Below are positions 19,481 through 27,375 of a stretch of 43,597 nucleotides of DNA, piece after piece. A model generated the notes under the pieces. The model saw only the letters and a list, made by a program, of their open reading frames with translations, searched no databases and was not told the DNA's origin. A program made the translations under genes and the position numbers. Each line of letters opens with the position of its first letter. Position 1 is the first letter of the stretch. This stretch comes from Lachnospiraceae bacterium. GTDB taxonomy: Bacteria; Bacillota; Clostridia; Lachnospirales; Lachnospiraceae. The stretch spans positions 1-43,597 of the forward strand of contig JAZOSF010000175.1 of assembly GCA_045657025.1 (NCBI GenBank), given 5' to 3'.

Positions 19481-21786
19481 TAGCCTGTCGTCCTTTCAAT
19501 ATCAATGATACTGTCAATTGTTTGCAACTTATCAATAATATGATTTAATTCCTCACGGGAAGCAATTTCAAAAGTAGCCTGCAAGGTCGCAATACTATCC
19601 TTTGAAAGTCTACTGTTCAGAGATAAGATATCGATATTTTTCTCTGTAAGGACCTTGGAAATGTCCGCAAGGAGACCATTTCTGTTATTTGCATAAATAG
19701 TAATATCTGCAAAATACTTGCCGCTTCCATTGCCCATATCTTCCCAGTCAGCATCCATCAACCGACCTCTTTCGATTTCCGGAAGTGACATAATATTGGC
19801 ACAATCGGTACGATGAATAGAAATACCACGTCCTCTGGTAATGAAACCAACAATTTCATCGCCCGGTACAGGGGAACAACACTTGGAAAAACGTACTGCC
19901 ATATCATGGATACCTTTTACGGTAATACCATTCTTGGCTTTCATCTTCAATGCCTGACTTGCTGCATTTTCCTCAATAGCCGCCAAAATCTGCTCATTGG
20001 TAAGCTCTTTTTTGTTATCTCTGTCATAAAGTTCTTGCATACGGTTGACGATCTGTCCTTCTTTCAAACCGCCATGTCCTATAGCTGCCAAAACGCTGTC
20101 CCAATCGTGGAAACCATATTTTTTCATAATGGCTTCCTTGTAATTTTGCTGCATTATTTGAGAAATATTGATAGACTTTGTCTTACAATATGTTTCCAGT
20201 AATTCCTTACCTTTTAATATATTATCTTCTTTGAATTCGTTTTTAAACCACTGATTGATTTTGTTTTTTGCCTGGGTAGACTTTGCAACTTTTAACCAGT
20301 CACGGCTAGGCCCTTTGGAATTCTGGCTGGTTAAAATTTCAATACAGTCGCCATTTGTAATTTCATAATCAATATTAACTAATTTACCATTAACTCTGGC
20401 ACCGATCATGCGATTACCTACCGCTGAATGAATGCTGTATGCAAAGTCAATGGTTGTAGAACCTGCCGGCAATGTCTTTACATCGCCGTTTGGGGTAAAG
20501 CAATAAACAGACTCGGAAAACAAATCCAAACCACTCTTAATCATGTTAAGGAATTCTTTGTTGTCCGCACTATCCTGCTGCCACTCCAAAATCTGACGAA
20601 GCCAAGTCATTTTTTCTTCATCACCCATATCGCTCTTTTTGCCATCGGAGGCCTCTTTATATTTCCAATGGGCAGCGATACCGTATTCTGCCGCCTTGTG
20701 CATCTCTTCCGTACGAATTTGAATTTCAAACGGCTGGCCATTAGAACCAATTAATGTTGTATGCAAAGACTGATACATATTCGGCTTAGGCATAGCGATA
20801 TAATCCTTGAAACGCCCCGGAATCGGTTTGTACATCTCATGGATAATACCAAGGGCTGCATAGCAGTCCTTTACGTTTTCTACAATAATACGAACGGCAA
20901 ACAAGTCATAAATCTGGTCAATAGACTTGTTCTGGTTTTTCATTTTCTTGTAAATACTAAAGAAATGCTTAATACGTCCGTCAATTTTAGCTTTAATGTC
21001 TGCAGAATGAATGTGTGAAGACACTTCATCTACGATGGACTCAATATATTTTTCACGAACACTTTTACGAATAGCAATTTTATCCACTAAATCATAATAA
21101 ATATCCGGCTCTAAATATTTTAAACTCAAGTCATCCAGTTCGACTTTAATACGGGCAATGCCAAGTCTTTCTGCGATTGGCGCATAGATTTCCAATGTTT
21201 CTCGTGAAATACGTTGCTGCTTCTCCGGAGGCATATGCTTTAAGGTACGCATATTGTGTAATCTATCCGCAAGTTTAATCAAAATAACACGAATATCCTT
21301 TGCCATGGCAAGAAACATCTTACGAAGATTTTCTGCCTGCATCTCAAGGCGCATGTTATCCCCATCACTAAACTGTGGTAACTTTTCTAACTTAGTAACA
21401 CCATCTACTAAATTTGCAACATCCTGGCCAAACTCATTCACCAAATCATCGTAGGACATGACGGTATCTTCCACTACGTCGTGAAGCAAACCTGCAACAA
21501 TAGTTTCTTTATCAAGTTCCAGATCCGCCAAAATTATTGCAACATAAAGAGGGTGTATAATGTAAGGTTCCCCTGACTTACGCACCTGTTCTTTATGAGC
21601 CTCGAAAGCTACACGATATGCCTTTTCAATAAGACTGATATCATCGCTAGGATGATATTTCAGTACTCTTTCGATTAAATCCTTATATAATTCGTCCGGT
21701 GTCAAGAATTCTTTCAACCTCTCGATTCTACCATCATCAAAAATAGTGGTATTTGATACACTGCCCACAGCTATTCTCTCCTCCAT
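19480..21786 (-). CDS. relA: Bifunctional (p)ppGpp synthetase/hydrolase RelA/SpoT (Rel)
   Basis: 768 aa with an HD hydrolase domain (HPLYVAIILADL..., HDVVEDT), a synthetase domain, and TGS and ACT domains. Confidence 0.97.
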   Translation of the reverse strand: MEERIAVGSVSNTTIFDDGRIERLKEFLTPDELYKDLIERVLKYHPSDDISLIEKAYRVAFEAHKEQVRKSGEPYIIHPLYVAIILADLELDKETIVAGLLHDVVEDTVMSYDDLVNEFGQDVANLVDGVTKLEKLPQFSDGDNMRLEMQAENLRKMFLAMAKDIRVILIKLADRLHNMRTLKHMPPEKQQRISRETLEIYAPIAERLGIARIKVELDDLSLKYLEPDIYYDLVDKIAIRKSVREKYIESIVDEVSSHIHSADIKAKIDGRIKHFFSIYKKMKNQNKSIDQIYDLFAVRIIVENVKDCYAALGIIHEMYKPIPGRFKDYIAMPKPNMYQSLHTTLIGSNGQPFEIQIRTEEMHKAAEYGIAAHWKYKEASDGKKSDMGDEEKMTWLRQILEWQQDSADNKEFLNMIKSGLDLFSESVYCFTPNGDVKTLPAGSTTIDFAYSIHSAVGNRMIGARVNGKLVNIDYEITNGDCIEILTSQNSKGPSRDWLKVAKSTQAKNKINQWFKNEFKEDNILKGKELLETYCKTKSINISQIMQQNYKEAIMKKYGFHDWDSVLAAIGHGGLKEGQIVNRMQELYDRDNKKELTNEQILAAIEENAASQALKMKAKNGITVKGIHDMAVRFSKCCSPVPGDEIVGFITRGRGISIHRTDCANIMSLPEIERGRLMDADWEDMGNGSGKYFADITIYANNRNGLLADISKVLTEKNIDILSLNSRLSKDSIATLQATFEIASREELNHIIDKLQTIDSIIDIERTTG

Positions 21787-21834
21787 CCTACAAATTATTA
21801 GAATGTTTTGTCCTTAGATATCTATTCACAAGTA

Positions 21835-22359
21835 CTATTTGCCCTCATAAGTAATGGCTGCATCAATACGATACTTTGCCAATCTTTCTCGGCCTTTCAA
21901 ACCGGCAAGTTCAATCAAAACAACTACACCTGCCACTTCACCGCCAAGTGCTTCCACTAACTTAATCATTGCCTCGTTTGTACCGCCTGTTGCCATCAAA
22001 TCGTCTACCAATAAAATCTTCTGCCCCGGCTTAATGGCATCCTTATGAATTTCAATAGTTGCCTTGCCGTATTCCAACTCATATTCCTGAGAAATTGTCT
22101 CACATGGAAGCTTGCCGGCTTTGCGAATAATAACCAATGGCTTATGATTATTGTATGCAAGTGGCGCGCCAAAAATAAATCCTCTGGATTCTGCACCAAC
22201 TACTACATCATAATCCAAATCTTTAATCAAATCCTGCATCGTATCAATTGCAAGCTTAAAACCGTCTGCATCCTGAATTACGCTGGTAACATCTCTAAAA
22301 ATAATGCCTTCTTCCGGGAAATCCGGAATACTTCTAATGTAAGAATCTAAATCTCTCAT
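21835..22359 (-). CDS. apt: Adenine phosphoribosyltransferase
   Basis: 174 aa. DFPEEGIIFRDVT and the VLLVDDLMATGGT PRPP motif. Confidence 0.96.
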   Translation of the reverse strand: MRDLDSYIRSIPDFPEEGIIFRDVTSVIQDADGFKLAIDTMQDLIKDLDYDVVVGAESRGFIFGAPLAYNNHKPLVIIRKAGKLPCETISQEYELEYGKATIEIHKDAIKPGQKILLVDDLMATGGTNEAMIKLVEALGGEVAGVVVLIELAGLKGRERLAKYRIDAAITYEGK

Positions 22360-22436
22360 AGGTATTCTCCTAACATTTTATAATAATTATATTGTATACT
22401 ATTTTTTATCTTTTTGTCAAAACCTTCTCCCAGATA

Positions 22437-23828
22437 CTACTGGTCACGTGCGACTATGTTATTTAGCCAAATTCCTTTTTTAACTAAAATAAAACCAATT
22501 AGACATTTTAACAAGTCTGCCAGCTGACATGCTATGTACAACATCACAATATCAAGTCCTGTAAATCTACTGAGTACATATGCTACAGGGACATTGGCAC
22601 ACCACAAATAAACACTGTCAAACAAGAACGTAATAAAGGTTTTGCCACCGCTTCGAAGTGTAAAGTATGACCCGTGGGTAAAAGCATTCATCGGCATAGC
22701 TACTGCTGCCACCCTCATAAAAGACGTCGCAAGTATTTTCACCTCGGAAGAAGTATTGTATAAGCTTGGGAACAGCGGTGCAAACAAAATAAGCGCACCA
22801 CCCAACACCACACAACTCATTACGGAAAAAGCAAGCAACTTTGTATCAGTCTCTTTCGCCTCTTCCATTTTACCTGCACCTAATAACTGGCCTATAATAA
22901 TTGCTATAGAACTTCCCATAGCCAAGAATACAATATTAAACAAATTGGTTATGGTGCTTGAAATATTCATTGCAGCCACAGCATCCAGACCTCTTACAGA
23001 ATAGCACTGCATAAGCATAGCCATACCTGCCGCCCACATCACCTCGTTAATCATCAAAGGAAGACCTCTGATAATAACTTTCTTTGTTAAATCCAAAGGA
23101 ACCTTAGAGCTGGCAAAGGTGCCTTTCATATACGGTACTTTTTCTATGTGCTTATGAGTCCATACAATAACAATAGCTGCTTGAATATAACGTGATATAC
23201 AGGTTGCAAGGGCTGCACCTATAACGCCCAGCTTCGGAAATCCAAGGTATCCGAAAATCAATATAAAATTCAGTACTCCATTTGCCAAAACAGCTATTAT
23301 GCCGGCTTTCATCGGAACAACCGTTTCGCCGCATTCACGCAAGGTACTGGTATATGCTTGCTCCACACCAAAAGGCAAAAGTCCAAACAGCATAACAAGT
23401 AAATATTGCTTGCCGTACATAAGTGCCGCTTCTAAGGACTGACCGCCACCTTCATCATGCAAATACAATCTTATCAGTTCTTCACCCCAGAAGAACAAAA
23501 TCGCCATGCCGAGCAACGTCAAAAGCACACAGGCATACATCTTGAATCGGAAAATATCTCTTACACCTTTGTAGTCCTTGCACCCAAAGAACTGTGTTCC
23601 AAAAATTCCCGCGCCGGATATTGCTCCGAAAATACTTAAATTATAAATCAATAAAAGCTGATTAACGATGGCCACACCAGACATCTGCTCCGTGCCTACG
23701 CGACCAACCATAATATTATCTAATAGGCCGACAAAGTTTGTGATGCCGTTCTGGATAACAATTGGTACTGCCACCAGAAGAACCATTTTATAAAAAGCTT
23801 TATCACCTATAAACTTTCTCATAAACAT
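22437..23828 (-). CDS. MATE family efflux transporter
   Basis: 463 aa and 12-TM-like. The N-terminus PIVIQNGITNFVGLLDNIMVGRVG is typical of MATE/NorM. Confidence 0.9.
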   Translation of the reverse strand: MFMRKFIGDKAFYKMVLLVAVPIVIQNGITNFVGLLDNIMVGRVGTEQMSGVAIVNQLLLIYNLSIFGAISGAGIFGTQFFGCKDYKGVRDIFRFKMYACVLLTLLGMAILFFWGEELIRLYLHDEGGGQSLEAALMYGKQYLLVMLFGLLPFGVEQAYTSTLRECGETVVPMKAGIIAVLANGVLNFILIFGYLGFPKLGVIGAALATCISRYIQAAIVIVWTHKHIEKVPYMKGTFASSKVPLDLTKKVIIRGLPLMINEVMWAAGMAMLMQCYSVRGLDAVAAMNISSTITNLFNIVFLAMGSSIAIIIGQLLGAGKMEEAKETDTKLLAFSVMSCVVLGGALILFAPLFPSLYNTSSEVKILATSFMRVAAVAMPMNAFTHGSYFTLRSGGKTFITFLFDSVYLWCANVPVAYVLSRFTGLDIVMLYIACQLADLLKCLIGFILVKKGIWLNNIVARDQ

Positions 23829-23862
23829 CGTTTTTTAACACCTTCTCTGTATTAAAAGAAGT

Positions 23863-23886
23863 GAAAAAGCCCTACTATGGGCTCTT
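23863..23886 (-). terminator. Possible weak intrinsic terminator after the DegV gene
   Basis: Minus strand reads AGCCC-ATAGTA-GGGCT followed by TTTTTCAC. The stem is only 5 bp. Confidence 0.4.
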
Positions 23887-23919
23887 TCAACTAAAACTAT
23901 ATCCATATGGGTTTAAATG

Positions 23920-24771
23920 TTATCCTGCTATAAACAATACACCTAATGTGCCCGGGCCACAGTGGCTGGAAATTACACTGCCTGCACGTGAAACAAGGAT
24001 TTCCTCAAAGACATTCAATTGTTTCAAATAATCATATACCTGGTCAATGATTTCCTGATCGCAACCGGAATGTGTGATGAAAACACGATCCGGCTTTGCT
24101 TTCAAAAGCTCTTCTTCCATATCCTTTACATATTCCAAAACTACCTTGGACATCTTGCCACGATACTTCTTGCCGGCATCCATCTTGCCGCCTTCAACAG
24201 CAATTCTAGGATGAAGCTTTAACATACCACCTGCCATAGCTGCTACGCCACTACATCTGCCACCGCGATGCAAATAAGTAAGTGTATCAACAACAAAACT
24301 GCTTCGTACCAGTGGTCGAATTTTCATAATGTAATCAACAATTTCTCTTGCACTCTTACCTTCCCGCGCCATAATTGCAGCTTCTACAACCATGAGTCCT
24401 ATGCCGGTAGATAAATTCTGTGAATTAATACAATATACTCTGTCTTCTGCTTCTAAAGCATCCACTGCAATGTTCATTACAGAAAATGTGGATGACATAC
24501 TTTCAGAAATTGTAAAGCACACTACTTCATCTTCTTCGTTTTCTAAAAAAGGACTAAGTGCATTCATTGCTTCTTCCGGTGAAACCGCAGAAGTCTTTGG
24601 TGTAGATTCATTGGCATCTGCCCACTGATAGATTTCATCTACAGTAATATCCATACCATCTTTATAATCTTCTTCACCCAAAATAATATGCAGAGGTATA
24701 ATCGCAATATTATATTTCTCAATTATTTCCTTTGGCAAATCACAAGTACTGTCTGATAATATTTTTACCAT
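23920..24771 (-). CDS. DegV family fatty-acid-binding protein (FakB-like)
   Basis: 283 aa. MVKILSDSTCDLP and DegV-family conservation throughout. Confidence 0.92.
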   Translation of the reverse strand: MVKILSDSTCDLPKEIIEKYNIAIIPLHIILGEEDYKDGMDITVDEIYQWADANESTPKTSAVSPEEAMNALSPFLENEEDEVVCFTISESMSSTFSVMNIAVDALEAEDRVYCINSQNLSTGIGLMVVEAAIMAREGKSAREIVDYIMKIRPLVRSSFVVDTLTYLHRGGRCSGVAAMAGGMLKLHPRIAVEGGKMDAGKKYRGKMSKVVLEYVKDMEEELLKAKPDRVFITHSGCDQEIIDQVYDYLKQLNVFEEILVSRAGSVISSHCGPGTLGVLFIAG

Positions 24772-24883
24772 AATTCAATCTTCCTCATTAAATTTATTTG
24801 TCTAGATAGTTGTACAACGATATAGTTACTCTTATACAACTTTACCATTAAATCGTTTTTCGGTCAATGAAAACCTAATAAAT

Positions 24884-24920
24884 CAATAAAAAAACATCCA
24901 CCTTTTTAGATGGATGTTTG
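24884..24920 (-). terminator. Rho-independent terminator closing the BMC-DeoR-ParA transcription unit
   Basis: Minus strand reads AAACATCCA-10 nt-TGGATGTTT followed by TTTTTATTG, 8 nt after the stop of the Lys-rich ORF. It is the first convincing terminator downstream of the promoter at 39434-39462. Confidence 0.75.
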
Positions 24921-24927
24921 CTTTTTA

Positions 24928-25248
24928 TTATAATAAATGGATAGGTAATTCTTCTGTAAGACGACAAGCCTGATTTACTGTGCTTGGTTTCTTTACTTCT
25001 ACAACTGGTGTTTCCTTTTTCACAGGCTGAACTTTATTAGCAGATGCCTTCTTTACCGGCGCTTTCTTGGTCGGTGTTGCCTTCGCAGGTGCCTTCTTGG
25101 CTGACGCTGCCTTTGCAGGTGCTTTCTTTGTTGTAGTCTTTTCTGAAACTTTTTCTGCAACAACTTTTTCTGTTACTTCTTTTTTGGTAGTTGCTGCTTC
25201 TGTGCTTAACTTTGATGCTCTTTTAATACTTCCTGCTCCTACTGCCAT
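24928..25248 (-). CDS. Lys/Ala-rich low-complexity basic protein (histone H1-like composition); candidate ParA partner protein
   Basis: 106 aa, 22 Lys by my count, no aromatic residues. Contains three tandem KKAP(A/V)K decapeptides. The ATG start overlaps the ParA stop by 10 nt, with AAGGAG 11 nt upstream. Coding status is supported mainly by the coupling and the SD. Confidence 0.6.
   Translation of the reverse strand: MAVGAGSIKRASKLSTEAATTKKEVTEKVVAEKVSEKTTTKKAPAKAASAKKAPAKATPTKKAPVKKASANKVQPVKKETPVVEVKKPSTVNQACRLTEELPIHLL
25039..25128 (-). repeat. Three tandem ~30-nt coding repeats (KKAPAKAASA / KKAPAKATPT / KKAPVKKASA)
   Basis: Read from the translation of 24928..25248. The corresponding DNA is imperfectly repeated. 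Confidence 0.7.
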
Positions 25249-26030
25249 ATGCTATCAATCTCCTTTGCAAGTTCCATATACTCTCCGGCGCTTCTTGCTT
25301 TTGCTTTGTGTACTAGGACTGGTTTACTATTGTCCTGAGCCCACTCCACTTCGCTGTCTACGCGGATAACATTTGTAAATACATGTACATTATCAGCAGA
25401 ACGTAAAGTTTCACATGTCTGCTTATAATAATTTTTGCGGGAATCCACTTTGGTAATAGCTATACCTAAAAGTTCCAACTTCTCGTTTATGTGACGAACA
25501 GCTTCCAAGAACTCAAACATATTAGCCACACCGAACAATCCCCACGGACTTGCCTCAACAGGCATAATCACATAATCCGCTGCACAAAGAATATTCATAA
25601 CCCAGCCACCTAATGTAGGCGGTGCATCAATCAAAATATAATCATATTCTTTGGAGTCTTTGATGTTCTTTAAGCAATTTTTTAAGATAAACTCTCGCTG
25701 CCATTTTGTGAAAAGTTCATATTCCATCCCACTCATAAGCATAGAGGAGGGAATTAAATCCAAGTTCTCATAAGGTGTAGAAATAATATACTCCTTTAAG
25801 TCCTCCTGCTTTTTAATAGCATAGTAAAGATTTCGTTCACTGGATGCTAACTCTAATACCTGGTCTTCTGAGAAGAAAGACAAAGATAAGTTTAACTGCA
25901 TATCTCCATCTATCAGAAGTACTTTTCTTCCCATAGTTGCCAAAGAATAACCTATATTAGCACAAGTAGTAGTTTTACCACTGCCACCTTTATTGTTTGC
26001 AAATGCAATGATTTTAGTTTTCTTCTCCAT
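25239..26030 (-). CDS. ParA/MinD-family (deviant Walker A) ATPase
   Basis: MEKKTKIIAFANNKGGSGKTTT carries the KGGxGK[ST] deviant Walker A with the signature Lys. LLIDGDMQ and ILIDAPP are the Walker A' and B blocks. Preferred start is the ATG at 26030, which overlaps the DeoR stop by 17 nt. The 26075 start would add 15 atypical residues. Confidence 0.88.
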   Translation of the reverse strand: MEKKTKIIAFANNKGGSGKTTTCANIGYSLATMGRKVLLIDGDMQLNLSLSFFSEDQVLELASSERNLYYAIKKQEDLKEYIISTPYENLDLIPSSMLMSGMEYELFTKWQREFILKNCLKNIKDSKEYDYILIDAPPTLGGWVMNILCAADYVIMPVEASPWGLFGVANMFEFLEAVRHINEKLELLGIAITKVDSRKNYYKQTCETLRSADNVHVFTNVIRVDSEVEWAQDNSKPVLVHKAKARSAGEYMELAKEIDSIWQ

Positions 26031-26790
26031 ACAGACACTCAATCCCTTTATCTTTGAAGTATTCCATCCATGCATCGGACGGACGCTTGTCAGTTACTAT
26101 CAAGTCAATATCTCTTATTTCACAAATTTGTGAGAATGCTATTTTGTCAAATTTGGTATGGTCAACTACTAATATGCGCTTGGCAGCAGAACGAAGCATG
26201 CTACTTTTAACCTGTGAAAACATGTCATTAGTATCTGTAATGCCCTTTTCCATATCAATTCCTTTACAAGACATTATCACTTTGTCTGCATTAAAGGTAC
26301 CGATACTCTCTATTGCCTTAGGACCTACCAGTGCCAGATAATTTTCCCATATGGAACCACCTGTGGAAATCACATTCCATCCTGGTACATCTACCACTTC
26401 CAACAATACTTCAATAGAATTTGTTACGATAGAGAGTCGGTTTTTGTTTTTGTCTTTTAAAGCATTTACAATAGCTACCGTAGTAGTACTCGGATCCATA
26501 ATGAGATGATCGCCATCTGAAATCAATCCGGAAACTATTTCAGCGATGATGCGCTTTCCTCGCATATTTTTCTTTTTGCGGACACTGAACGGCATATCCG
26601 TATTTTCACTTTCTACAAGAACTGCTCCTCCATATGTCTTGTTCGCCAAACCCATCTTTTCTAATTTGTCTAAATCTCTCCTGATGGTTTCCTCAGACAC
26701 ATCAAACTGCTCGCTCAGCTCACCTACTACTACTCGCTTTTCGTCTTGAAGCTTTTCCAGTATCAGATTTCTTCTTTCTACTGCTAACAT
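26014..26790 (-). CDS. DeoR/GlpR-family transcriptional regulator (FucR-like sugar-phosphate sensor type)
   Basis: N-terminal HTH (RRNLILEKLQDEKRVVVGELSEQFDVSEETIRRDLDKLE) plus a DeoR C-terminal sensor domain. Preferred start is the ATG at 26790 (AAGGAG with a 6-nt spacer). The track start at 26829 is a TTG. Confidence 0.9.
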   Translation of the reverse strand: MLAVERRNLILEKLQDEKRVVVGELSEQFDVSEETIRRDLDKLEKMGLANKTYGGAVLVESENTDMPFSVRKKKNMRGKRIIAEIVSGLISDGDHLIMDPSTTTVAIVNALKDKNKNRLSIVTNSIEVLLEVVDVPGWNVISTGGSIWENYLALVGPKAIESIGTFNADKVIMSCKGIDMEKGITDTNDMFSQVKSSMLRSAAKRILVVDHTKFDKIAFSQICEIRDIDLIVTDKRPSDAWMEYFKDKGIECLYGEEN

Positions 26791-26810
26791 AACCGGCTCC
26801 TTAATTATAA

Positions 26811-27359
26811 CTATAAAATCGACTTGCAAAGTTGTGCATCAGGACGTGCAATAACGGAGCAATCCAAAAACATACCTCTCTCGCCTACGCTTGCCTTTGC
26901 CTTTTGGATAGCAGCTTCACAAGAAGCCACCTCTCCGGTAATAAGCATATAGGATTTACCACACATACCTTTTGCAATACGAAGCTCGATAAGCTTAACA
27001 ATTGCTGTCTTGGCTGCAATATCTGCTGCCACAATAATAGATGCCGCATCATAGGTCTCTAATATACCTAATGCTTTAATTTCTTCAATATGGCTACTAC
27101 CATAAATAGCCGGGAAAATAGATTCATCCGGATTGCCCAATACAAAGCTACCGATTAATTCCTCCGGTCTGGTTTTCTCTGCACAATCTACTGCTGCTTT
27201 TACAGCACTTAATTCACCTGCAATCAAAGCAATATACTTGCCCGGACATACAGTCTGTGCTTCTAGCAATTCTACCTCAGAGGTCTTAACCATCTGATCT
27301 GCCGCAGTAATACCCGCAGAAACTGTCTTAAATTCAATCATTCCGATTGCTCTAGCCAT
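26811..27359 (-). CDS. pduT: Tandem-domain BMC shell protein (BMC-T, PduT-like)
   Basis: 182 aa with two BMC domains and the conserved pore cysteine context TVCPGKY seen in Fe-S-binding PduT. Confidence 0.85.
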   Translation of the reverse strand: MARAIGMIEFKTVSAGITAADQMVKTSEVELLEAQTVCPGKYIALIAGELSAVKAAVDCAEKTRPEELIGSFVLGNPDESIFPAIYGSSHIEEIKALGILETYDAASIIVAADIAAKTAIVKLIELRIAKGMCGKSYMLITGEVASCEAAIQKAKASVGERGMFLDCSVIARPDAQLCKSIL

Positions 27360-27375
27360 GTTCTTTTTTTATCCT

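Noticed and set aside
25039-25128. The repetitive DNA in the Lys-rich ORF as a possible CRISPR array or other non-coding tandem repeat.
   Set aside because: The repeats are imperfect ~30-nt units without spacers. They are in frame within an ORF that has an SD and is translationally coupled to ParA. This fits coding low-complexity repeats, not a CRISPR array.
26791-26829. Upstream start codons proposed by the track: DeoR TTG 26829, ADH 32445, UPF0597 TTG 5225, EutN TTG 28995, GlcG GTG 34254, PduP TTG 33775, GRE TTG 39382, ParA ATG 26075, HemZ-like ATG 18863 and PPTase 14219.
   Set aside because: Each of these longest-ORF starts lacks an SD or overlaps the upstream gene substantially. A downstream start restores a family-typical N-terminus. 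That downstream start usually has a good SD, although the support is weaker for EutN, ParA and the HemZ-like gene. The feature coordinates were adjusted accordingly, and these remain predictions.
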